Shown here: positions 19,901 to 27,249 of the stretch, in pieces
Layout of the letters: each line of letters starts with the position of its first letter
Position numbering within the stretch: position 1 is the first letter of the stretch
Virus record (IMG/VR): IMGVR_UViG_3300038828_000030
DNA: 64,000 nt
Direction: 5' to 3' (one strand)
Source of the DNA: an uncultured virus (IMG/VR IMGVR_UViG_3300038828_000030)
Lineage: Duplodnaviria > Heunggongvirae > Uroviricota > Caudoviricetes
Translations under genes and position numbers: made by a program
Notes under the pieces: model-generated
Seen by the model: only the letters and a program-made list of their open reading frames with translations
Told to the model about the DNA's origin: nothing
The model's database searches: none

Positions 19901-22430
19901 CGCCGCCATCCTTGGTGGTGACCGTATGGAACAACAGGTTCTTGGCGTTCTCCTTGGCCCGCTCGGCGGACTTCTCGCCAGTCAGATCAAGGTTGTCGCG
20001 GTGGATTGCGGGTACGGCCTTTGCCTTGCCCGCCTTGGTGTACTGGCGCAAGCGCGGCGCATCGCCTTGCAAATCGCTCGTGCGCACCGTCACCGAATCA
20101 CCGTGCACCGTCTTGATGGTGGTGAACTCGGGTGCGGCGAGGGCTGGGCCAGCCGCCTGTGGCTGGGGTGAGATCGTCCCACTGAGTGGCGGCTGTGCAG
20201 TGCTCGTCTTCTCGGCACCGTCTGGCTTGAGCGCCTGCATCAGCGCATCGTCGCTCATCGCGCTGGCTGCTTGCGGCGCGAGCCCCAAGAACTTGCGCTC
20301 CCCGGCGATCTCCCGCTCGATGCCATCCACCGTCACCTGGCGCGTGGCGCGCTCGGCGTCCGTCTTGGCTGCGCGCAACCGCCCGCGTTCGTGCGACAGC
20401 CGCAGCTCAAGCGCGTTCAGGTGGCTTTCGTCTCGCGCTCCTGCCTGCGCTGCTCGCGCTTCCTGTTGTCCCTGGCCTGCTTGCTGGGTTTCTTGGGCTT
20501 GAGTGCCACTGCTTGCCTCCTTCGGCTGTTGAGAAACGGTAGGTTGCCTGCCCTTGTCGGCCACTCCATCTGCAACGGAGTGGCTGGGGCCGTCCTGCAA
20601 ATTCGGCGCGCCCGCGTCCTCGCGCACATTGGCGAAAGCGTCATCCGGCGCATCTTGCATATCCATTGCTGCTTGCTCGGCGTCCATCTCCTGCCGCAGC
20701 GCCTGCTGCTCGCGCACGTCACGTCGGCGCGACAGCTCGACGGCCAATTGACGGCGCACATCCGGCGCTTGGGCGGCGCGGAACGTGTCTGACAGTTGCT
20801 GATCGCTCCAGCCCGACAAATCGGGCGCTGCTGTTTTTGCCTCGCCCGCTGGTGTTTTGGGTGCGGCTTTCACGGCCTCGGCCAACGCGGCCGCCTGCTG
20901 CATCTGCTCGCTCACGCCAGTGTCCACGGCAAGAGCCGCGCCGGTGGACAGCGGGCCGTCGGCCGGGTTGATGCCCATGGCCTCGGAGGGCTTGGCCGTG
21001 ATGCGCTCGCCGGTCAGCGGGTTGGTCGTGTCGCCGGGCTGGTACAGCTCGCCCGCCACTGGCGCAGCAGCTGACTTGTCAAAAATCTTGCCATCGTCGA
21101 TGGGCGGTGCAATGGCGCTCGGATCGGCCGCCCGCTGATTCATCGCCTCCAGCAGCGGATTGGCTGGCGCCAGCATGCCCGCCATATCCGCCCCCGCGCC
21201 AGTCGGCGCGCCAAGGCCGCCTCCTGGGCCAGCTTGGCCGTCGCCCGGCGGAACATCGGCCGGCGGCGTGTCGGCGGCGGGCGTTCCCAGCGTGCCGCCA
21301 TCTTCTGCGCCCTTGGCGGCATCCTGCGCACGCTTTTGCGCCATCGCCTCGCGCGCGCCATGCACGCCGCCGCCAACCCCCAGCAGCGCGCCGCCGGCAA
21401 AGCCCATGCCGGCGTTCTCGCCCACGCCGTCCCAGGTGTCGTGCCCCGGCATCGCCTGCTGCTGCGCCGCCAGGTTGGCCCCGAGGCGGCCGCCGCCTTC
21501 CTCGACGAACTCCTGTCCACCCTCGCCCAGCACGCCCCGAGCAAAGCCACGCGCCGCGCCAAAACGCCCCACTTCCTTGGCCCCGGTGCGCAGCGGTGCC
21601 CCAACCAGGGCGCGCTCCAGATAGGTCGCCCCCGGAATCGCGTTGGCCGCCACCGAAATGCCCGCCGTCGGCAGGAAAGCCGCTCGCGCCGTCGCGTTCG
21701 CCAGCTCGCTCTTGGCCGCTTGCCGATCCCCGCCATGGCGCTGCAAAGCCGCCTGAAAGTCCGGGCTCGCATCCCACTCGGCGTCCGTCTTCTTCATCAG
21801 GTCGCCATAGATGTCGCCCGAGACATCCGCGCCTTGTTGCACCGCGCCTGTGCCAATGGCAGCGCCCGTGGCGTACTTGCCGGCCTGCTTGGCAATGGCT
21901 TCACGCGCCGCCAGCGATGCCGGCCCAAACTCGGACGCCGCCTGAAACCCGCGCGCGTATTTGGCCGCGCCAACCGCCCGGCCCACGCCAGCACCCGGCA
22001 GCATCGTCGCCACGTTCTCCGCAACGGTATCGGCCGCAAGGGCTGGGTCGGTCAGCGTGTCCTTGACCGCCGTCCAGGCCTTGCCCAGCGTCGATTCCTG
22101 CGCGTCGATGTTGGCCTTGCGCTGCGCGATCTTGGTCTGCAGCGCCTGCGACTTGGCGTCGCTCCAGTATTCCTGCGCGTTGCGCCCCAGCTCGGACGCG
22201 GCATTGTCCATGTTGCCGCTGGCCAGGCCGTACAGATCGCCGCCGGTCTTGACCAGGCCGGCCAGGCCGCCCATCACCGCCGCGCCGGTGTCCTTGGCGG
22301 CTTCGCCCCAGGTGCGCTTTGGCTCCTTCCCAAACTCGGGATCGGAAAACGGGTTTTTCTTGCTGGCCGGCTTGGCGCCTTTTGCGGCATCGGCGCCAAA
22401 CTCGGGGTCGGAAAAAGGATTTGCAGCCAT
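7965..22430 (-). CDS. Giant polyvalent virion/ejection protein, DarB-like (N6-adenine MTase, SNF2/SF2 helicase, HExxH peptidase-like, ART-PolyVal-like, PLxRFG domain), 4821 aa
   Basis: FEPGMGIG (~16440) and NPPF (~16238); AHAVGAGKT (~14350), DEAH (~13863), QPHGRIIRQGN (~12800); HELFH (~11538); FKRWF..VYHGT..GIYLT..GYDGVI..EIVAF (10630-11070); YFPLARFG (~10040). Confidence 0.85.
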   Translation of the reverse strand: MAANPFSDPEFGADAAKGAKPASKKNPFSDPEFGKEPKRTWGEAAKDTGAAVMGGLAGLVKTGGDLYGLASGNMDNAASELGRNAQEYWSDAKSQALQTKIAQRKANIDAQESTLGKAWTAVKDTLTDPALAADTVAENVATMLPGAGVGRAVGAAKYARGFQAASEFGPASLAAREAIAKQAGKYATGAAIGTGAVQQGADVSGDIYGDLMKKTDAEWDASPDFQAALQRHGGDRQAAKSELANATARAAFLPTAGISVAANAIPGATYLERALVGAPLRTGAKEVGRFGAARGFARGVLGEGGQEFVEEGGGRLGANLAAQQQAMPGHDTWDGVGENAGMGFAGGALLGVGGGVHGAREAMAQKRAQDAAKGAEDGGTLGTPAADTPPADVPPGDGQAGPGGGLGAPTGAGADMAGMLAPANPLLEAMNQRAADPSAIAPPIDDGKIFDKSAAAPVAGELYQPGDTTNPLTGERITAKPSEAMGINPADGPLSTGAALAVDTGVSEQMQQAAALAEAVKAAPKTPAGEAKTAAPDLSGWSDQQLSDTFRAAQAPDVRRQLAVELSRRRDVREQQALRQEMDAEQAAMDMQDAPDDAFANVREDAGAPNLQDGPSHSVADGVADKGRQPTVSQQPKEASSGTQAQETQQAGQGQQEARAAQAGARDESHLNALELRLSHERGRLRAAKTDAERATRQVTVDGIEREIAGERKFLGLAPQAASAMSDDALMQALKPDGAEKTSTAQPPLSGTISPQPQAAGPALAAPEFTTIKTVHGDSVTVRTSDLQGDAPRLRQYTKAGKAKAVPAIHRDNLDLTGEKSAERAKENAKNLLFHTVTTKDGGAFASQAAAQREVNRLGLQDSHEVVEAGGGFVGRIKKTGEQHGATARNLRLADERTPGAGAAAPHGPGESVAGEAPVVGAGQRQTGDAGRLDGATTEQPVSSLFTGKPDPINSAPLRELDGFKVGDAVDVNGRTIGRSTVEALFRQAAPGLGMVDMARVVGADGKKLDVLVGELRSTQPVAQAAESVTAAANEAATSPHNDLPEPVKAALTEDQAVADLRRQLREVEDKILAAAPASMAKGGGDIEAAMKSRKVPVTLKTQRKKLVDQIRDAQEQADKAESATEPATKQGLNQPETPAGQAQKATKGVAETQKPLFSDPRTGMPIVVPNKATADAMARSKQLAGKAVVRKATPAELADQRNTFAGYNPGEDRRMGYVLEVPQQEASPAQETTYNGARIYPTKVKVGDEVKSMWAVESPDNRRRRAAGERAIGGDSLHDTLEQAQAAAEREAKRDAEQQAAKAEQDAADKARLDAEEARKAANRPKTLMEHRKDAVLSKQVLDSETGNVMTRREWVENKVSDGLKTSITQEDKIKPMSRRQIFRADNRQQAEHDRKVKEAGKKDVYWLGDFEVTKIEYDYAQELKAKQATRETITPADDKNIGVNVDGNQLYERKDGSIYQIQDGKPRFGGFLEPVSASKEAVAPASQAPEAQSTNPLMQAAQDSGKLEVVVVGDKKPAATSQAAESASSDMTPEEAAKYLKDFVYSLNQLDGMTDRAQVLLSSPLGKSGRDNLLMEAFGLNREQAHDINNRIDARQPKKLRNIDMQDAFDVFPSLRKMVYDAIQQAQAKEQKTSAQKPVAKKPSADQPRAKTDALTEREKAAKAKMLGALGKLAALASKNTRMNWTPEEEQKLLPIVIELFDGAIELGAVTFQKAVAYVRDFIAQGIDQETADAIPFETLQGAYIAVAGRHKDKGVTAKKEVAGFDSLEELQAVVEPEPTTIADADKKADTDTKDAQNANPDTTTEPGQPTVAPGAGVQDGKPRKVRGNAGGVRGSNAKPASGNAGRGPNENAGTDYVPGPEGLTRTGSWFETAKRNIDLIELAIKIDSEKRPATPQEQEQLAKYVGFGASAIRNDLFPIPGDYAKRQEPNRLIWPNLVREARWKPLAERIDALPREWQQSILQSSQYAHYTSEGIIRSVWGALDRMGFKGGNVFEPGMGIGSFAMLMPNDVRAQSRYTGIEFDGPTALIAGLLSPQQNMIHGDFIKRKFPKNFFDVNVGNPPFSQTKIYGDPEYAKKGFMLHDFFFAKGIDLVRPGGIQVFVTSKGTMDKQSDKARKYLAERADLLGAIRLPSTAFEGNAGTSVVTDVIFLKKRAPGEAPGGHAWANVATVQTPDGPVVVNEYFAANPHMVLGQQRISGNVDDEGRRINSNGMGGEKYTVVSYDKTPAELDAKFAAAVNKLPAGAYAPQAEAQATAKPKAVDFDPAVKREGVIYLGKDGALMRVDEGVGKPLAGLVNLSEKEQAWFKSYVGLRDKVQAARFDQLNDGPWEKSLAALNKAYDAFRKEHGPVKDFRVQVRKSTDEDGKIIGVESRIFKNRKLYREDYDNALITSLEEITEDGDIVKAAFLKGRTIGKPVERVVHSIGDALAVSLDEIGSLNLEDVGRRLGLSREEAIEALGDQVYLTPTGEWQLADEYLSGDVVAKLEEAEEAARLQPELRRNVQALKDVQPEKLGPSQISAKLGASWVPESHVNEFAAEIGAGAVTFDPRTETWQVDGGNLRSQRNAGAEYGTAARSPSEILEAVLNSRSIKVTQTVDKKTVTDEAATTAANEMAKKIKDKFKGWVWTDTDRSTELVERYNKQFNNIAPRRFDGSHLTLPGVSLRFKLHPHQLRAIWRMVQTGNTYLAHAVGAGKTIEMIAGGMEQKRLGLIKKPIYVVPNHMLEQFSNEFMELYPMANIMVADDENFSPERRKAFVAAATLNNPDAIVITHDAFQRIGVKEESVAPIRDEILADLEIELAETAKGNDTRVRRSQLEQQIEAVKQRFDRIIGAGAKDSTVKFEDMGVDFVFADEAHVFRKLDFHTAQQIKGIDPNGSKRALDMYVKTRILDSRKPGRSMVFASGTPVTNTMGELYTIMRFFAGDALDKAGISTFDAWARQFGEVVPALEPNAAGKYELIERFAKFDNVPELMSRVRQFMDVLTSDNLGALVKRPDIKGGKPNLNITAPNKALQEYMKGELARRIEISKAWKPSKDEPANPDPIVAIITDGRFAALDPRFFGGKLEEGETSLLMDMGKGVVQSYHATKNNVYQDKAGKDEPIKGSTQLVFYNLGFGEQSQKTRGFNSRAAFTKILTDGGIPRGEIYWFDDANTDAKKEAVFKDVRNGKVKVLIGSAKKMGTGVNVQKRLAVLHYQDPPWFPADVEQPHGRIIRQGNQNAEGAIEWYTTKGTYQSTMWQMVGRKQRFIDQAFTGDKNLRSMDDLGEASLFEQAAAVASGDPRAIQLAGLRQDVERFERLQASHASEQINVASSLRSAQWGVDSAKKRIATYTKAFAAIGERYFAFSEGKVGNATYTKPGEFGQAIKDAFNKTAADAVMAEKPVKDKPIAAIGDAITIYMDEGVSEGKGDGQFELSVSFGGMNLGMGVSSGMGADVDATGLARRIFNQINSVDQDLRKAKEDLVRNEVDVNKLRKKLGAPFEYQQEMAEKYAELKRLEAELKAEGQAPAAPAKPAITTDDALAPVPEGVSTNRAQTGSPEANTADVLFSSADSTPPAKPLSLDRVNQLVQEALSGIRGAPPVEVTARPGDIGLKVPAGSVGYGVTLRSGDIYVFQSAMGSDLDVFKTVFHELFHRGVRVLVPKAQYVQTMLDLAKGDSRIQQLAIEWKNTEMGQKQKENLRRMGYAGSELTAQFEALAIEEALAAVAEEIKAEGKLGSKPKSMTIRFLANWLAKVADLAGMKKLAQGIRAMTYNEAERFVMSAIDRSGEPVQAGRTVNMSAKRATPGTDQTQTEAFKRWFAGSRVVDADGNPLRVYHGTDANITEFKVSERGTYGGGIYLTPDTKGASDYAIYRGYKSPTVYPLYVSIKNPATGAEAARVASWKGEENARAELIARGYDGVIDMRSGEIVAFYPEQVKSAIGNNGDFDPDTADIRFRSADTAGVAARMGDAIKSITVANVKQRAGFKLTDYLGIGLQALGRRQIVDIYGDMLPLAEYNTLVTQMEADKNEGGAEADQLVTRWAKLPDEAKLADLMHDATLAQIDPAKPYVDGDDKARYMTLQGRFNALSAEAKQVYTDTRDSYQAHHARVRSAIKERIERSEIKGERKAALLKQMDDEFFKAIKGVYFPLARFGQYAVTVKGPDGKVESVSRAEAKDEAEALRNNLLAAFPRDKGFTVGRVMLSKEFIADRDAVGRGFMTELYQVLDKQDMDAAQRAELEDTLGQLYLSSLPDLSWAKHGIHRKGTPGFSQDARRAFAQNMFHGARYLAKLRYSDLMQDQLAAMQKHVDDWREVEDFDQNSAQRVVDEMNKRHESLMNPKSNPLSTALTSLGFVFHLGLSPASAMVNLSQTALVAYPIMGAKWGFGKASAALLKASKQAAAGKNDITGSLNADERAAYDEAVRAGTIDVTMAHDLAGIAQGEDAGVMWKLRPVMRWASFLFHNAERFNRQVTFVAAYRLAREAGADHKAAFEQATKATYDGHFDYSAANRPRIMQGNVAKVLLLFKQYGQNMVYTLARNAQQSIKGESPEVRAQARKALGGLLATHAAAAGVLGLPMVTTLLAAASMIGGDDDEPWDAKVALQNMLADAFGQKPAEVLAHGLSRLTPWDISSRVGLDRLIFPDVQEGLEGQRLAESAMAAALGPVAGIGVNMLKGAQHMSEGRYALGLEAMLPSALRGTVKAIRYANEGVQDKSGISILDEVSPAAVAGQALGFSPSQARNAQEGKSAVMAHDRALGERRQELLTKAARAAMAKDTEARAEAMKEIERFNQKNPTRRITPLNVLQSVRNRNKRIDQAQDGVYLPRNRRDAMDAGRFAFAGTD

Positions 22431-22478
22431 GCGCCCATTGGGCGTGACGCATGGCCGCAGATCAAACCCTATGCCGGG
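22431..22478 (-). promoter_or_regulatory. Late promoter motif copy 2 (leaderless, giant gene)
   Basis: CCCGGC-ATAGGGTT (core 22465-22472), CCCAAT, ATG 34 nt after the core. Confidence 0.7.
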
Positions 22479-24620
22479 TTACTTCCCAAGCACGCGCTTG
22501 GCGGCGCCAGCACCGTAGGTTTCGTCGAACTGCGCGGCCAGACTTGGGTCTTTGCGCAGCGCCGCGACGTGGTTGGCGCTCGGCGCCGACGCTTGCCCAT
22601 CCACCCGCTGCACATCGCCCGTGCGCTTGTTGTAGCGATAGATGCTCGCCTCGGAGGTAGAACCATCCGGGTTCTTCGTAGCGGGCGTCACCTGCACAGC
22701 CCATTCTGAACCTGAATCCTTGCCCGACAAGTCCCTGATCGTCTTGGCAATGCGTGCGCGCTCCTCGTCCGTCTTGGCGTTGGCGTACTGCTCGAACAGC
22801 TTTTCCTGCCGCCCAGCCGCCCGGACCTCGGCCCCCTTGACCTTCTCATCCAGCGCCAGCCGGCGCTCGTCCAGCCCGCGCCGCGCCTGCGCATCGAAGC
22901 CGCGCGCTGCCAGTTCGGCCGCACTGCGCGTGTTCAAACCCTGCTCGCGCATGCCCTCGCGCTGCAGACCGGCGTTTTCCTGCATGGCCTTGCCCGCCAG
23001 TTCAGGCTCCAGGCCGCGCGCCTTCATGTCCTGCGCCAGCAGGGCGGCGTATTGCTGGGAAGCGGGGCCACCACCCTGCTGCCCGCCGACGACGCCTCTG
23101 CGGGTGACGATGCCACCATATCCAGGCTGCTCTGTCATGCTACTGGCGCTCACCTGCGCATTGCGCAGTTCATTCCGCCGCGCCCAGCTGTTGCCGCTGT
23201 GCTCCACCTGCGGCGCCTGCATCGGCTGAAAGCCGGCGGCTGTCGGCTGTTGCAGCCGGGCCGCCATGGCGCTCACCTCCTGCGCGCTGCGGTTGGCCAG
23301 GGCGTCAGCCGCCGCCAGATCGTTCGCATTCGGGTTCTTGCTGCCGCGCGCGCCCCAGGATGCCGCCTCGGGCGAATCACCGAAGCTATTGCCCTGGCGA
23401 TAGATGCCAGGCGCCACCTGCTGCGGCTTGGATTGGTCGTTGGCCGCCGGCAGCGCCAAGCCACGCGCACCCGTGTCCATCGCGGGCATGTTGGCGTCGC
23501 CCGAGCGGTCGGTGGTGTTTATGTCGGCACCCCGCGCTGGCGCAACGGGCGCTGCATTTGCAACGCCAGGCTGTTGGCCCGGTGCAGCAGCTACCGACGA
23601 CTGGGCGAAATCGACCTTCCCCACATCACGCGCCGGCATGTCTGCGTCTCCCGGAACAAACCCAACCGGGTGGATTGGAGTGGCGGGTGAACTTGCCGGA
23701 CGCATTATTGCATTGCCAATGCGCCTTGCCGCAGCTTCCCGCGCGTCGGCAGCCATCTGTGCGCCAGCTCGGTCGTAGTCCGCGCTCCAACTCGCACGAT
23801 TGGCTGCGGCGGCCCTTTGCTGTTCAGCGAACTCTGCGCCACGAACATCTCGTTGTCGCTGGACACGGACAGGCGCGGCACTCGGCGCGCCGGCTTGATG
23901 GTCAGTTTCGACCGCCGGAGCCGTGGCAACCGGAGGTGATACCGTGGACGCGACTGGAACGGGCGCCCTTTGACCCGAAATCCCGGTCGGAATCTGGTTG
24001 ACTGCCGCCTGAATGCGAGCCGGCGCATCCATCTGCTGGCCAATCGCGGCTCGCACTGCGGGCGCCGCCGTCATCTGCGTGGCCTGTCCCATCACCTGCT
24101 GCACACCATAGTCGTTGGCCGCGGCTGCGGCGTCGCCAAAGCTGTTGCGCTTGCGCTCGTCGTCTACCAAACCAGCGTTGGCAAACAGAGGCTCGCCCGC
24201 TCTGTTTTTGTCCGGCTTCGCAACCGGAGTGTGTGTCGCATCCTTGAGCGCATCCAGCGCATCGACGCCCACCGCCGCCACCGTGTCGGCCGGCAGCACG
24301 TACTCGCCATCCGACAGCCGCGCCTTGATCGAGTCGCTGGTGCCAGTGCCCGGCCCGGCCACAAAGCCGCGCGGGCGTACCCGGCCGCCATCGGCCAGGC
24401 CAGCCTCGCGCTCGCGCTTGTCTTGTCGGCTTCGGGGATCAAAGACCGTGCCAGAAAAAATCTGCCGCAGGCTCTGCATTGGGCTGCTCTCAGGCTTCGG
24501 CGGCTCGGCTTGTGGCGCAGTCTGCTGCTGGTTTTGGCGTGCAATGGCTGCCATCACCGCGTCACGGCCCATGTTTCCACCTTGCGGCTGGCGCTGATCA
24601 TCTGGCTTGAAACCACGCAT
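22479..24620 (-). CDS. Internal virion/ejection protein, 713 aa
   Basis: SD AAGGAG; Ala/Gln-rich; motif GPGTGTSDSI.ARLSDGEYV seen in tape-measure/ejection proteins. Confidence 0.7.
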   Translation of the reverse strand: MRGFKPDDQRQPQGGNMGRDAVMAAIARQNQQQTAPQAEPPKPESSPMQSLRQIFSGTVFDPRSRQDKREREAGLADGGRVRPRGFVAGPGTGTSDSIKARLSDGEYVLPADTVAAVGVDALDALKDATHTPVAKPDKNRAGEPLFANAGLVDDERKRNSFGDAAAAANDYGVQQVMGQATQMTAAPAVRAAIGQQMDAPARIQAAVNQIPTGISGQRAPVPVASTVSPPVATAPAVETDHQAGAPSAAPVRVQRQRDVRGAEFAEQQRAAAANRASWSADYDRAGAQMAADAREAAARRIGNAIMRPASSPATPIHPVGFVPGDADMPARDVGKVDFAQSSVAAAPGQQPGVANAAPVAPARGADINTTDRSGDANMPAMDTGARGLALPAANDQSKPQQVAPGIYRQGNSFGDSPEAASWGARGSKNPNANDLAAADALANRSAQEVSAMAARLQQPTAAGFQPMQAPQVEHSGNSWARRNELRNAQVSASSMTEQPGYGGIVTRRGVVGGQQGGGPASQQYAALLAQDMKARGLEPELAGKAMQENAGLQREGMREQGLNTRSAAELAARGFDAQARRGLDERRLALDEKVKGAEVRAAGRQEKLFEQYANAKTDEERARIAKTIRDLSGKDSGSEWAVQVTPATKNPDGSTSEASIYRYNKRTGDVQRVDGQASAPSANHVAALRKDPSLAAQFDETYGAGAAKRVLGK

Positions 24621-24642
24621 GGGTTCTCCTTTTTCTCACGTT

Positions 24643-24690
24643 GGACGCATTCTTTGTCCTACGAGCGACGGCGGCAAACCCTATGGGCTG
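24643..24690 (-). promoter_or_regulatory. Late promoter motif copy 3
   Basis: CCC-ATAGGGTT (core 24677-24684) with AAGAAT at the same spacing as the other copies. Confidence 0.65.
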
Positions 24691-24713
24691 CATTCTGGTG
24701 CGACCAGGCGGCC

Positions 24714-24994
24714 CTACACGCTGATGTTCAGGTTCGTGTTGTCCGTGACGCCGGCGTTCGCCGACACCATCGACCACGCGCTGGCCAGCCGCTGCGCCCC
24801 GGTGGCCAGGCCAACCTTCGCCGCCTCCATTCTGGCGTCGTTGGCGTGCGTGATCGAGTCAGCGTTGGCCTTCGCCACGTTGAATGTGATCTGCGCTCCG
24901 GCCCGCTGTAGCCGCCCTTGCCGTGCACCTGGTTCATCAGCGTCGTGACCATGTTGCCGAACAGATCGACCACCTCGTTGGCGTTCGCCGCATC
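24714..24994 (-). pseudogene. Remnant 3' ends of paralogous ejection-protein genes
   Basis: 24714-~24900 encodes TFNVAKANADSITHANDARMEAAKVGLATGAQRLASAWSMVSA, a diverged copy of the C-terminus of 24995..26806. It is preceded out of frame by another coding-like fragment (VVDLFGNMVTTLMNQVHG). No credible start. Confidence 0.65.
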
Positions 24995-26806
24995 TCACAG
25001 ATTGATATGCGTGCTCGTGCTGTCCGACACCCGCGCATCCGCAGACACCATTGCCCAGGCACTGGCCACACGCTGTGCTGATGTGGCCAAGCCCACCTTC
25101 GCGGCCTCCATCCGCGCATCGTTGGCGTGGGTAATGGCATCGGCGTTAACCTTCGCAACGTTGAACGTCAGCGTCTGCCCAGCCTCATACTGCTTGATGT
25201 CCGCCTCCCAGCGGCGCATGTACGACCCGGCCTGTGCCTCGGCGGCCGACGCCCCCAGCCGGTAGCCGTCCACCGTGATGCTGGCGCTGCGCGCCTTGAT
25301 TTCAGCCTCCGACACCGCCGCCTGCAGCCGCGCCTTCCAGCCGTCCCACTCCATGCCCTTGGCTGTCACGTTGGCTTGGTAGGCTGCGATGTTCACGCGC
25401 GCGCGCTCCGCCTGCGCGCCAACTTTGGCGCTGTAGGCCCGTACCGTGCTGGCGTACGCCTCCTGCTTCACCCCCTCGGCCTGCACCGCCGCCTTGTACA
25501 GATCGGCCTTCGCCGTCTCGGCATTCACTGTGGCCACGAATGCCTTGATCTGCTCGCCGCCAGCCTGCACCTTGGTGCGCTCCAGCTCCACCAGGGTCTG
25601 CGCCGCACCCACCCGCGCCTTGTAAATCTCCACCACCGCCATTCGCCCCTCGACCTCGGCCTTGTAGCGGTCCACCAGTGCTTTGTTGATGCTGGCCTTG
25701 GTCTCTTCGGCCGCCAGCAGCGCCCTGAACACTTCGACCTTGGTCATCTCCGATTTGATCAGCGTGTCGTAGGCCCCGGCGTAGGCCTGGTAGCCCACCA
25801 ACAGTGCTTTGAACCGCTCCAGCGCCGCGTTGTGCGCCTGAATCGCGTTGTCCGCCGCCGCCTTCGTCGCCTCGAACGCCAGCATCTCCAGCTTGTAGCA
25901 GTCCTCCAGCAGCGTGCTCTCCAACTGCAGCGCCGCCTGGATGGCGTTCTTCACATTCTCCTGCTCCAGCTCTGCCTGCTTGATGGCGATGTCGCGGCTC
26001 AGGCCCGAGAGCTTGTCCAGGTACTCCCTGCGCGCGTCCGCCAGCTGGCCCGCCAGCACCCCGGAGGGCAGCGGATAGCCCAGCGCCTCAGCCCCGCGCA
26101 GTGCTTCCTGCTCGCGCGCCAGCGCCAACGCCGTTTCCCGGTCGCGCGCCCGACCCCATATCTGCTGCTCGACCTCCGGCGCAAGCCCAGTGCCGCCGTG
26201 GATGCGCGCATTCAGCGTCGCCTTCAGGCTGTCCAGCAGTTGCGAGGCGTAGCGCGCGCCCGGCGAGTAGTTGAACGGAGTCGGCTCCAACACCGACAAC
26301 TCGGGGATTTCGTCCAACTTGTCCAGCCACGCCTCGTGCAGGTCGATCCCGCCGAAGCTATGCGTCGTCATCGACAAAAACGTCGGCGCCGCCGGCAGCT
26401 CCACAGTCGGCTCGGTCGGGATGCTCACACTGCCGACCGCCGGGATAGGGGGAGCCGAGCCGATCGTCAGTGATGGCGCGGATGGGAAGCTCAGCGCCGG
26501 CTCCGAGACCGCAAAGTCATCGATCGAGAGGTCGCCCATCGCAGGCACCGCGGACGCCGGTACTCCAGGTATCGCCCCCACGCTCAGGTTCGGCAGCGAT
26601 GGCAGCTTCGGCACTGCCGGCAGGTTGGGAGCCGGCAGGCTCTGCCACTTCACGTCAATCTGCGGAGGGGCATACACGCTATGCTCCAGCGCTGTCTGCA
26701 TCGCTGATGCCTGCGCACTGGCCGTGTTGGCCAGCACGACGGATTGGTTGTACTTCTCGGTGACGATCTGCGCGCCAAGTCCGGCGCCGCTCGGTGCTGT
26801 TGCCAT
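24995..26806 (-). CDS. Internal virion/ejection protein, coiled-coil, 603 aa
   Basis: Pro-rich N-part, long Ala/Glu/Lys helical C-part; lies between tail genes and ejection genes. Confidence 0.7.
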   Translation of the reverse strand: MATAPSGAGLGAQIVTEKYNQSVVLANTASAQASAMQTALEHSVYAPPQIDVKWQSLPAPNLPAVPKLPSLPNLSVGAIPGVPASAVPAMGDLSIDDFAVSEPALSFPSAPSLTIGSAPPIPAVGSVSIPTEPTVELPAAPTFLSMTTHSFGGIDLHEAWLDKLDEIPELSVLEPTPFNYSPGARYASQLLDSLKATLNARIHGGTGLAPEVEQQIWGRARDRETALALAREQEALRGAEALGYPLPSGVLAGQLADARREYLDKLSGLSRDIAIKQAELEQENVKNAIQAALQLESTLLEDCYKLEMLAFEATKAAADNAIQAHNAALERFKALLVGYQAYAGAYDTLIKSEMTKVEVFRALLAAEETKASINKALVDRYKAEVEGRMAVVEIYKARVGAAQTLVELERTKVQAGGEQIKAFVATVNAETAKADLYKAAVQAEGVKQEAYASTVRAYSAKVGAQAERARVNIAAYQANVTAKGMEWDGWKARLQAAVSEAEIKARSASITVDGYRLGASAAEAQAGSYMRRWEADIKQYEAGQTLTFNVAKVNADAITHANDARMEAAKVGLATSAQRVASAWAMVSADARVSDSTSTHINL

Positions 26807-26809
26807 GGG

Positions 26810-27247
26810 TCAAACCCTCCGGGCCGTTGATTTACGCTCCAGCACCTCCACCCGGTCGAGCGCGAAGGGCTGGCCTTGGGGCGTGCTGATGCTCAGCCCC
26901 AGGTAGTTCTCACGGATGCCTCGGCCCACCTGACATCGGGCCTGGCCGTTCGCCCGCAGTGCGAAGTCGTAGCTCCAATCCTGCGCCGGCGCATGCACCG
27001 TCAGCCGGGCGGCGCCAGCGCCCTGGATCGACACGTACACCATCTCGACGAACGTCCTGCGCGTGTCCTCGCGCAGCGTCTTCGGCAGGCGGATCGTGCT
27101 CACAATGGGCTGCCCGTTGTCGGTATCACCGCCGAGCGTGAACAGGCCCGCCGTGTCGCCGGCATGCGTGGGCGTGATGCTCTGAAAGCTGAATCCGGCG
27201 TATTCGGAGACAGCGCCGGTCATGGTGTTGCAGACGATGGTGTTCAT
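26810..27247 (-). CDS. Tail protein, 145 aa (start MNTIVCN)
   Basis: ATG 2 nt after the upstream stop; operon context. Confidence 0.65.
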   Translation of the reverse strand: MNTIVCNTMTGAVSEYAGFSFQSITPTHAGDTAGLFTLGGDTDNGQPIVSTIRLPKTLREDTRRTFVEMVYVSIQGAGAARLTVHAPAQDWSYDFALRANGQARCQVGRGIRENYLGLSISTPQGQPFALDRVEVLERKSTARRV

Positions 27248-27249
27248 GC

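Noticed and set aside
24714..25170. DGR template/variable repeat pair
   Set aside because: Differences between the two copies are mostly synonymous and involve all bases rather than being adenine-specific, and no reverse transcriptase is present in the window.
26810..26825. Ninth late-promoter copy (CAAACCCT)
   Set aside because: Lacks the RTR part of the core, lies in the last codons of a gene, and has the wrong distance to the next start.
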